A model generated the notes under the pieces. That model did no database searches. It had not been told where the DNA came from and saw only the letters and a program-made list of their open reading frames with translations. The position numbers were made by a program, and so were the translations under genes. From the IMG/VR virus record IMGVR_UViG_3300045988_143600: DNA of 37,650 bases. One strand, given 5' to 3'. Below are positions 30,683 to 37,650 of this stretch, in pieces. Origin of the DNA: a virus. The first letter of the stretch is position 1; each line of letters starts with the position of its first letter.

Positions 30683-32353
30683 TCACTTTGGATTACATTG
30701 AATAAGCACGCCCGTTTCAGGATTTATGGATACTGCACATTTATCTGTAACAAATAGCTGAGATATTTTAGGTTTACCATCTTCATCATATAAAATGTTA
30801 CCGTTTTTATCCCTGCTAATTTTGGGTTTCATTGCTTTACCATTGGTCAAAGCATCCTGAATATCTTGAAGTTCAACGCCAAGACGTTTCTTACCCGTAT
30901 CAGGATCTTTGATTACACCAATAACACGTTCAATGAAATGATCCGATTGCCCAGTTATTTCAATACCGTTAGTTGTAGTTAAACCAACAAGACTGTTGTT
31001 AATCTCATTGTGCAACTTCTTATAATGATCGTAACCTACAAGCGGAGAAAATTTTCCCTTTTTTACAGAAGTAATATATGCATTCATCAATTTGCACTCA
31101 GGAGAGTTATTATACTTCATATTTTCAAAAATGTCAAGGCTTTTCGGCGGATTTTCTATGCCGTAGCTTTTCATTTGCTTAACAAAGTAACGATTATTCC
31201 CATATACCGCTTTCTGCGAAACACTCTTGTTAAATCCAACAACCCGAACTCTGTCCTTTTCGGAATAAAGATCGTTCGTATCGCAAAACTCAGACAGCCG
31301 TTTTTCCTTAGTTTTCAGTATAGCCGAGTGGCGTTCAAACTGATTTTGCAGTCTCCGTTTAAGCACCTCGTCTTCCGTCTCAGAGATAGCACCGTCATAT
31401 GCAGCTAAACGTCTTTTTGTAGCTCGTATAGACCGCTCCATAGCACGCTGTTTCTGCGATAATTCATACTGTCTGTTGTTTTCGGTCACGTCAACAGGGA
31501 GATTAGCACGTTCGGAAATTCCCTCGAAAAACGGATAAAAATCATGTCGGCAGTTCCAGCCTTTCAAGCCGTCACCCGTTCCGTAGCCTGTGGCGGTGCT
31601 GAGTTTAGGGTATTTTTTAGATTTGCCCGAAATGCTGTAAACCTTGCCTTGCCATAAAGCGTGTGAGGGACGCGCGCCCATGTGTGCGGTGACCTCAACC
31701 AGATCGCAGTCCATTTCTGCGGCAAGATCAAGCTGCATCTGACCTGCGGTCTGACTTATGCCCGTCATTACCGCACGCCGCACTGCAACGTCTGCCCAGT
31801 CGGTCTTACCCGATGGATAAGTTACAGTCGCAATACCTTGTTTAGCAAGCTCGACAACTGCGTCGTAAATAGCATCCTGATATGTAAAAGCACCGCTTTG
31901 TACCTTTAACCATGCCTTGTCCATAAGATGAGTAACAGTTGCCTGCGAGGACTCTACCATGGACTTACACAGATTTTTTGTCATACCATTTGCATTTTTA
32001 ACGCCTGCCTTAAGCGTGTTGGATAATGCCACCGACCTCAGAGCGGCGGAGCAGTCCTTGCCGTAAGTTCTGTATATCTTGGCGTCGTTGTTGATTGCCT
32101 CCTTACAGGCATCGGTGTACAGCTTTGATATCTGCCGCTTTGATTTGCCTGTAAATTCTGCAAGCATAGCAGTGATCTCTTTTGTAGACATCTTCAACTG
32201 GCTTGCTTTGTACAACTGCCATTCTGCCGAGGGAGTAAGATAGTCCGCTTTAACAAGCTTTTTGGCAATAGACTTGATTATATCAGTCTGTACCTCGCTT
32301 ACAAGATCAATCAAGTCATCTGGCAGTTTTTGTAACGTCTGAGGGGTAAGCAT
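30683..32353 (-). CDS. MuF / SPP1 gp7-type head morphogenesis protein with a roughly 170-aa C-terminal extension (toxin-like)
   Basis: The core carries GWNCRHDFYPF, typical of the minor capsid protein 2/MuF family. The extension ends ...GQSDHFIERVIGV...CAVSINPETGVLIQCNPK, resembling small RelE/BECR-fold nuclease domains. Confidence 0.75.
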   Translation of the reverse strand: MLTPQTLQKLPDDLIDLVSEVQTDIIKSIAKKLVKADYLTPSAEWQLYKASQLKMSTKEITAMLAEFTGKSKRQISKLYTDACKEAINNDAKIYRTYGKDCSAALRSVALSNTLKAGVKNANGMTKNLCKSMVESSQATVTHLMDKAWLKVQSGAFTYQDAIYDAVVELAKQGIATVTYPSGKTDWADVAVRRAVMTGISQTAGQMQLDLAAEMDCDLVEVTAHMGARPSHALWQGKVYSISGKSKKYPKLSTATGYGTGDGLKGWNCRHDFYPFFEGISERANLPVDVTENNRQYELSQKQRAMERSIRATKRRLAAYDGAISETEDEVLKRRLQNQFERHSAILKTKEKRLSEFCDTNDLYSEKDRVRVVGFNKSVSQKAVYGNNRYFVKQMKSYGIENPPKSLDIFENMKYNNSPECKLMNAYITSVKKGKFSPLVGYDHYKKLHNEINNSLVGLTTTNGIEITGQSDHFIERVIGVIKDPDTGKKRLGVELQDIQDALTNGKAMKPKISRDKNGNILYDEDGKPKISQLFVTDKCAVSINPETGVLIQCNPK

Positions 32354-33813
32354 TACTCCTCACCGTCCTCAAAGCCCATAAGCTCATCGTCGGTAGGTTC
32401 ACCGTCTGCAAGACGTGCCTTTGCCTCCTCTTCCGATTCGCCGTACCATTTAACACGGTATTCCCACTTCTGCATTAAACCTGCTGTGACATCATCTTTG
32501 TCACGTTGTCGCTCGGCATTTTCGTCTACCAGTGGACTTTGGTCAAAGACTATGGATATATGTGCGTCCTCCTTGACCTGTGCGTCGATAAAGCTGTGGC
32601 CTATCCAGAGGAGCGTTTTAACAAGACCATGCAAAAAGCTCTCAACTTTTATAAAATGCTTGTGTGCGTTTTGGATCAAGTCCTGCTTGTCGCCTGTGTA
32701 CTGGGTAGCAGTTACTATAGAGCCTGCATTAAACTGATAATGCTTAGTACCAAATCCCACCTTAAAGCTGAGATAATCAAGCTGTGCCTGTATACCCGCC
32801 GTATTGTCTGCAACTCTCAGATCGGGATTATGCTCCTGCACCATACTCTTACCCGTGCCATCGTCCATAGTCTCGCCGATATAATAAAACAGTTGTTGAT
32901 TTACCTCATCGGGAGCAACCTTTTTATCTCCAGACATATCTTCAAGCATATTTTTGTTTAAAAACACTTTTTTCTGTCCCAACCAAAAATCAGAGTTAAG
33001 ATTATTATATGCAAGATCAACTCCCTTCAAGTTGTCAATCGCTCCGGCAAAAACCGCACAGCCCATCCCATTATTGCCGTTAATGGGATTAACGATAGCA
33101 GGTTTGCATATGGTAAACCAAGACTTGTCTGATCCTGTATGCATTATTCTTGCAACACCGTCCGGCAGAGGTTCTTCGCTCAACAGCGATTTATCTTTTA
33201 TTCCAAAGATGTGATTTTCTATGACATATTCGCCTTTTTCCAGACGGTGTATCTCAAGATACAGCTTGTTGCTGCCTTTTGTACAGATATCGGAGCAAAA
33301 CGCTGCTTCGGTGATAATGCCGTTGTCCGATGATAGGACTATTATCCTATCCGCCTCAAGGTAATTTAGATCTATCCATGCGTCCGGTGACGGCAGAAGT
33401 CTGCCGTCTGAGCTTACCACAGCATTTTTAAGACGTATCACAACGGCACAAGTGCCGGAATACATCATTTTTTCCATGAGGTCGTTAGCCTGATCCCAGA
33501 AGTTGTTGCTGCCGAACACTCCGCCGTTGTCGGTATCGCCAACGATGAACTTTTCCGAGTATTCATCATCTACTTTTACAAACGTTTTGTCGTTTATTAA
33601 TATGCTTGCCCAGTCCTCGCACACCTTTTTGGCCATTTTCATGGTATACATATCACGACTCTTGCGTTTTTCTCCGTTTTCAAAAGTTATCCTATGAAAT
33701 GGTTCATGAAAACCCTTCCACCAGTCTTTCCATACGGATATATTATTATAATAGTTGGTCGAAATGTTATAGCCGAAGTTATTATTCAGCCAGTTTATTA
33801 TCTCACTGTTCAA
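32353..33813 (-). CDS. Portal protein (SPP1 gp6-type)
   Basis: 486 aa, between TerL and MuF, with overlapping start and stop codons on both sides. Confidence 0.8.
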   Translation of the reverse strand: MNSEIINWLNNNFGYNISTNYYNNISVWKDWWKGFHEPFHRITFENGEKRKSRDMYTMKMAKKVCEDWASILINDKTFVKVDDEYSEKFIVGDTDNGGVFGSNNFWDQANDLMEKMMYSGTCAVVIRLKNAVVSSDGRLLPSPDAWIDLNYLEADRIIVLSSDNGIITEAAFCSDICTKGSNKLYLEIHRLEKGEYVIENHIFGIKDKSLLSEEPLPDGVARIMHTGSDKSWFTICKPAIVNPINGNNGMGCAVFAGAIDNLKGVDLAYNNLNSDFWLGQKKVFLNKNMLEDMSGDKKVAPDEVNQQLFYYIGETMDDGTGKSMVQEHNPDLRVADNTAGIQAQLDYLSFKVGFGTKHYQFNAGSIVTATQYTGDKQDLIQNAHKHFIKVESFLHGLVKTLLWIGHSFIDAQVKEDAHISIVFDQSPLVDENAERQRDKDDVTAGLMQKWEYRVKWYGESEEEAKARLADGEPTDDELMGFEDGEE

Positions 33814-35186
33814 ATGTTTTCACCTCCTGCCAGCGTTAGCGGCTTGATAAATTTGCTAAAGCTGTACTCCAGAGCGTCAGCGGTATCTATATCGCAAGTA
33901 CCGTCGTCAAGACGCTCGTCTCTGTCCGGAATTTTAGGATCCCATATCTGCTCCGACAAGCTTCCGATAACATTTTTGCAAATGTCAAGCACCCAAAATC
34001 TGCCCTGAGCCATCAAAGACGTAAGCATAGATATTCTGTCGTTTCGTGGAGCTTTGTAGCAGTCCACGATCTTGACCATCAGTCTTGCTCTGGCACAGGC
34101 TACTCTCAGACCGTTTATTACCGCTTGGTTTTCGTTGTCCGCCCATGCAAATTTAATTAAAAGCGGATTAAAACGCATATATAACGTCTTTACAAACTTT
34201 ATAAAAGCAGTGTAAATAGTATCGGGACCGACCTCGCCCTTGCCGCCGTCTATTTTGTGATCTGCAATAACGACAAGCTTTTTAAAGCCCTCAATAAAAG
34301 CCGTAGCCACGAATGTGGTCTTTGACTTGTTGCCGCCGAAGTCGATACCTATCTGTATTGATGTGATCTTGCTTTTGTCAAGCTGTGATTCGGGTATTAT
34401 ATACTTTTCGGGGTCGTTGGCAAAGCTCTGGAAGATAAGACCCTCTGCCGCTATCCTTAACCCCAGTATATCTCGCTTGTACCAGATAGATGTCGGATCG
34501 TACTGAGATTTTACCTCAGCCTTACGCTGATCTGAGATATTTATGTTATCGTCAATAGTAAAATGTGCGTAGTTGTATCCACCGAGGAATTTGCAATCGG
34601 CGGCGTCCTGCTGGTACTTGTCAATGTACTCGGTGTATATCCAGCTTTTTGGATTGTCCGGGTTAAGATCCCACCATATCTTACGCTTATCTGCGGCGAT
34701 AGATCTGTTAAAAGCCTCCTGCACAAATGATTTGTGATGCAGATTGATCTCAGTACCTATCCACATACCATAAGAGTTGCCTCGTATGGACTTATAACTG
34801 CTGGCAAGCATAGCGCCGGAAAAGATGACGATCCTTGTTTTAAATCCTGTATCCTTGCCCTTTATGATAAGAGCCTCATTGCCCTTGTACTTACCCCAGC
34901 GGCATTGACCTCGAAAGAAATGCTCAATACCAAAGCCGTTACAGTCGCCAAGAATGATTTTCGCATTGCCGAGTGTTGACGCCGATGCAAGATGTATCTT
35001 GTCTTTAGTAGTCTTAAGCTCGTGACAAAAAGCAAGAACGTTGTCCACTGTCTTTCCGGCTCTTACCGCTCCCTCGGCAACGTTTATCATGCAGTCCTGT
35101 GACTTTCGGATATATGCCTTATGCTTATCGCCAAAATTGTAGGGTATGGTCTTTTTGCGTTTCTCAGGCTTAGTTGTCCTTGCCAT
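33810..35186 (-). CDS. terL: Terminase large subunit (PBSX/Terminase_3-like)
   Basis: Walker A-like GAVRAGKT near the N-terminus. GAGGAGGA RBS precedes the ATG at 35186. It lies upstream of the portal gene. Confidence 0.85.
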   Translation of the reverse strand: MARTTKPEKRKKTIPYNFGDKHKAYIRKSQDCMINVAEGAVRAGKTVDNVLAFCHELKTTKDKIHLASASTLGNAKIILGDCNGFGIEHFFRGQCRWGKYKGNEALIIKGKDTGFKTRIVIFSGAMLASSYKSIRGNSYGMWIGTEINLHHKSFVQEAFNRSIAADKRKIWWDLNPDNPKSWIYTEYIDKYQQDAADCKFLGGYNYAHFTIDDNINISDQRKAEVKSQYDPTSIWYKRDILGLRIAAEGLIFQSFANDPEKYIIPESQLDKSKITSIQIGIDFGGNKSKTTFVATAFIEGFKKLVVIADHKIDGGKGEVGPDTIYTAFIKFVKTLYMRFNPLLIKFAWADNENQAVINGLRVACARARLMVKIVDCYKAPRNDRISMLTSLMAQGRFWVLDICKNVIGSLSEQIWDPKIPDRDERLDDGTCDIDTADALEYSFSKFIKPLTLAGGENI

Positions 35187-35637
35187 AGATATCCTCCTCA
35201 ATTTCCGACGTGTCCTCCAGCTCAGGATCAGCCTTGGGATTCGGTGACCAGTTTTCTTTGTCTTTATTCTGCAAATAGCTCAGAGCGGCGGACGGATTGG
35301 GAGCGACTTTTTTTACCCTGCGCCTGATCGTTTTGCGCCCTCTGGCGTCAACTCTAACTTCTTCCTCTGCATATTCGCCGCCCAGGGCCGCCGCAAGCAA
35401 AGCTCTCTCCACTTCGGAGTTTACAAGTTCAGGATTGTCGTCCAAAAAATCCTGAAGTTCCTTGTGCCGCTTTTTATAATCTGTGGCAAGCTTTTTCCGT
35501 TCTGCCTTGTCGGAGGTATTAATAAAAGCCTCCGACAGCTCGCCGAGGCTTTGTATATCCGTCTGTATTTTTACATCATTAATGTTGCTTACAGCTGCCG
35601 ACAGCGTGTCGATAGCCTGTTTTCTCTTTACATTCAC
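35170..35637 (-). CDS. terS: Terminase small subunit-like protein
   Basis: The C-terminal half ALLAAALGGEYAEEEV...RRRVKKVAPNPSAALSYLQNKDKENW matches the conserved TerS pattern of Firmicutes phages. It overlaps the terL start. Confidence 0.55.
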   Translation of the reverse strand: MNVKRKQAIDTLSAAVSNINDVKIQTDIQSLGELSEAFINTSDKAERKKLATDYKKRHKELQDFLDDNPELVNSEVERALLAAALGGEYAEEEVRVDARGRKTIRRRVKKVAPNPSAALSYLQNKDKENWSPNPKADPELEDTSEIEEDIYGKDN

Positions 35638-35878
35638 ATTAACACCTCCGTTCGCTCAAACTCAAACTACACGCCCGTTTTAAGGGCTTTCTCTTTCAAG
35701 TGTGAAATTATCCTAAGAATTATTTCAAAACGTGCTATAACGCCGTTAAACGCCGCTAAAATGAAATCAAATAGCAATGCTTCGCCATTCGGATATTTTT
35801 GTTTCAAAATTCCGTTGATGTCCGGCGCTATGTAATCTGAGCTTAAGCGCAGGGGACGAATCAACCTTACGCTTATGA

Positions 35879-36361
35879 TCAGATCTTTTCCAGTTCTGCA
35901 GCAACGTCAAAGTAATGACGCCTGCCGTTTATCTCACAGTACAGCGTACAGCGTTTACGCCGCCTGCTGTATTTAACAATGCAGTGTTCTCTGCCTTTGA
36001 GCAGTCCCTCTGTGATAGTCACCTTTCCGCTGTTTATGTAACCACGGCTGACGGTAAGATTTTCGACATCAAGTATCCACCGAAGTCTGACTTCCTCGCT
36101 CATCGGCAGCGGAGTGGGCGGTCTGCCCAAAAATCTCAATACGCCGACAGTATTTTTCACGGTGTAGTAAAGCTCGTCTGTGATGCCTTCACTGTTAACA
36201 AAAACATATGTGGGAAATATCATCCGGCGTACCATGCGCCACACGCCGCCTTTACGTTCCAACAGGTCGTGAGCAGGCGCATAGGCGTTAATATTTTTAT
36301 CTCTGAGAGTGGCAACAACGTCATGCTCTCTGCCGCTCTGAACATAAATAACGTAGATCAT
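35879..36361 (-). CDS. NusG/RfaH/LoaP-like transcription elongation (antitermination) factor
   Basis: NGN-domain pattern YVIYVQSGREHDVVATL...MIFPTYVFV...VGVLRFLGRPPTPLPMSEEV, followed by the KOW-like GKVTITEGLLKGREHCIV. Confidence 0.7.
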   Translation of the reverse strand: MIYVIYVQSGREHDVVATLRDKNINAYAPAHDLLERKGGVWRMVRRMIFPTYVFVNSEGITDELYYTVKNTVGVLRFLGRPPTPLPMSEEVRLRWILDVENLTVSRGYINSGKVTITEGLLKGREHCIVKYSRRRKRCTLYCEINGRRHYFDVAAELEKI

Positions 36362-36906
36362 ATATCGCTCCTTTTCTCCTCAAGGAACTTAGCCACATCC
36401 TTGTAAAGATCGGGACGTTCCCTTGCCATTGCCTCGAACACCATTGACTTGACCTGTTCAAAGCCCGCGTTAAGGATATCCTCGTTTTTCAGATCCATAT
36501 TCTTTTTATACGCCGCAGCCTTTACAAGGCTGGTAGCCTGTTTGAGCAAGGCTTCCGGGTCTATGTTCTTCCATTTTTCTTCGGGAGTGTTCTGTATAGA
36601 TTCCAACACGTTATGCGACAGCAGCCTGATTATTCCCTCGCTGGTATCGAGAGCCGGATACTTGTTTATCTCCTCCATTATGACCCTGAAATTCTCCTGA
36701 GCCATTCTGAGGGTCTCAACAGATTCATTCAGATTTGCGGCGTATCTGCAAACCGAGGATATTGATATGGGCTGATCGGTCTGATCCTTTATATAGTCTG
36801 CGATCTCCGCATATGTAAAATCGGCTTTCATCATATCTTCGACCGTTGCTTTAAGTTCCGGCGACAGCTTGTCTATTTTAGAGTGCTTTCTGCGCTTTCT
36901 TGCCAT
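36358..36906 (-). CDS. Mu gp27-like protein (DUF3486-like; proposed small terminase/DNA-recognition subunit in Mu)
   Basis: The N-terminus ARKRRKHSKIDKLSPELKATVEDMMKADFTYAEIADYIKD matches the gp27 family opening. The ATG at 36906 follows GGGGGTG. Confidence 0.55.
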   Translation of the reverse strand: MARKRRKHSKIDKLSPELKATVEDMMKADFTYAEIADYIKDQTDQPISISSVCRYAANLNESVETLRMAQENFRVIMEEINKYPALDTSEGIIRLLSHNVLESIQNTPEEKWKNIDPEALLKQATSLVKAAAYKKNMDLKNEDILNAGFEQVKSMVFEAMARERPDLYKDVAKFLEEKRSDI

Positions 36907-36918
36907 TATCCGCACCCC

Positions 36919-37245
36919 CTACAGCTTTATGCAGGGGTCGTTGATACCTCCGGCAAGCAGGCTGATCCCCTTTGCCGTAAGCTTTGCCTCGAGATCGTCA
37001 AAATCGCTGTCTGCCAGCGTAGACGGCTCTTTGGACAACACCGTCCTCAGATGTATGTATCCGGCTTCATAAAGATAGTTCACGCTGTCGGTAATTTCGC
37101 CCTTTGTTATATCGGGAAGAGCATACTCAACGCTCTTAAGCTTATGATACTGATATCTGAGCATATTTATAGTGCGCATAACAGAGCCGTTATTTTCTTT
37201 AAAATTGCCTGCTCTGATAAGCTGCATCTGCTTTTCCATATCCAT
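36919..37245 (-). CDS. Hypothetical protein
   Basis: 108-aa ORF coupled to its neighbours. No recognisable motif. Confidence 0.5.
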   Translation of the reverse strand: MDMEKQMQLIRAGNFKENNGSVMRTINMLRYQYHKLKSVEYALPDITKGEITDSVNYLYEAGYIHLRTVLSKEPSTLADSDFDDLEAKLTAKGISLLAGGINDPCIKL

Positions 37246-37246
37246 G

Positions 37247-37543
37247 CTATTTTTCTCCCTTCATTTCCATCAAGATATCCATGATCTTGTCCAGCTTCTG
37301 TTCAGTCTTAAGCTGTTCTCTGTAAAAATCCTCTTTGGTAAGATAGTTCTGCTTGACGTCGGTAATATCGGTCTTGCACTTGTCAAACTCGTCTTTAGAG
37401 ACGTAATTTTCTCTGACCTTATCCAGACCGCTTTTGCATTTATCGATGTCGTCCATAGTCCGCTTTAAAAAGTAGGTTATAATACCTATACCGCCTGTAA
37501 GAACGAGCTGAAATACTATCGTAAATATCTGCTGACTTGTCAT
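37247..37543 (-). CDS. Membrane-anchored coiled-coil protein
   Basis: N-terminal TM segment IFTIVFQLVLTGGIGIITYFL, followed by a charged coiled coil. It is the first gene after mor. Confidence 0.55.
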   Translation of the reverse strand: MTSQQIFTIVFQLVLTGGIGIITYFLKRTMDDIDKCKSGLDKVRENYVSKDEFDKCKTDITDVKQNYLTKEDFYREQLKTEQKLDKIMDILMEMKGEK

Positions 37544-37546
37544 AAA

Positions 37547-37612
37547 AACACCCCCAATATATTTAGTACCGTTATCCGTTATAATAACTGTACCATATAT
37601 ATTGGGGGTGTT
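37547..37612 (-). promoter_or_regulatory. 16-bp perfect inverted repeat spanning the mor-to-late intergenic region; the 3' arm contains the SD of the next gene
   Basis: AACACCCCCAATATAT (37547-37562) pairs with ATATATTGGGGGTGTT (37597-37612). The loop contains a tandem CCGTTAT CCGTTAT and two GTACC motifs. Confidence 0.5.
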
Positions 37613-37650
37613 ACAGATGAAGCATTTCAGCGAGTTTCTGCAATTATATT
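37596..37650. repeat. 55-bp terminal overlap, identical to 1..55
   Basis: Exact repeat of the window start. Confidence 0.9.

Larger units (their letters stand above)
16098..37650 (-). mobile_element. Mu-like transposable siphophage, part 2: right end, lysis, tail, head and packaging modules
   Basis: A contiguous minus-strand late operon runs from the Mor-proximal genes at 37543 down to the Dam and HTH genes. It starts at the TG terminus at 16098. Confidence 0.8.

Noticed and set aside
35667-35864. 65-aa minus-strand ORF between the NusG-like gene and terS
   Set aside because: It has a TTG start with no properly spaced RBS and an implausible sequence. The region is treated as a leader or promoter.

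Overview
The window is a complete circular assembly. Bases 1-55 are identical to 37596-37650, so the unique length is 37,595 bp. It contains two nested mobile elements.

(1) A roughly 30-kb Mu-like transposable siphophage occupies 16098..37595 plus 1..8459, with genes almost entirely on the minus strand.
- Lysogeny and early region: LexA/CI-type repressor, a divergent consensus early promoter, a Ner/Cro-like HTH, MuA-like DDE transposase, MuB-like AAA+ ATPase, GemA-like and Mor-like regulators.
- Packaging and head: Mu gp27-like protein, a NusG-like factor, TerS/TerL, SPP1-type portal, a MuF head-morphogenesis protein with a C-terminal toxin-like extension, scaffold and capsid.
- Tail and lysis: head-tail connectors, major tail protein, chaperones, tape measure, tip and fibre proteins, holin, GH25 endolysin.
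- Right end: a Dam-type methyltransferase and a small HTH protein.

The phage termini can be read directly from the sequence. They are TG...CA imperfect inverted repeats (23 of 29 positions identical), flanked by a direct 5-bp TCCTC duplication at 16093-16097 and 8460-8464.

(2) The target of that insertion is 8460..16097, a visibly more AT-rich 7.6-kb element with the gene set of a filamentous (inovirus-like) phage.
- Replication and integration: an HUH rolling-circle Rep, a GC-rich hairpin cluster (candidate origin), and a tyrosine integrase interrupted by one in-frame TAG.
- Virion and assembly: a pI/Zot-like ATPase, several tiny membrane proteins, a 584-aa pIII-like protein, and a 51-aa pVIII-like coat protein followed by a terminator.
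- Control and non-coding: an XRE repressor with TGTACTA operators, and a GC-rich structured island ending in a tRNA-like T-arm/acceptor/CCA plus terminator.

Other items worth follow-up are:
- a roughly 650-nt hairpin-dense non-coding segment bracketed by perfect 41-bp direct repeats in the phage early operon;
- a plus-strand zinc-ribbon moron with a consensus promoter and terminator inside the tail module;
- paralogous Cys-rich micro-ORFs in both elements.

All functional calls rest on motif and synteny reading only. No database search was possible.
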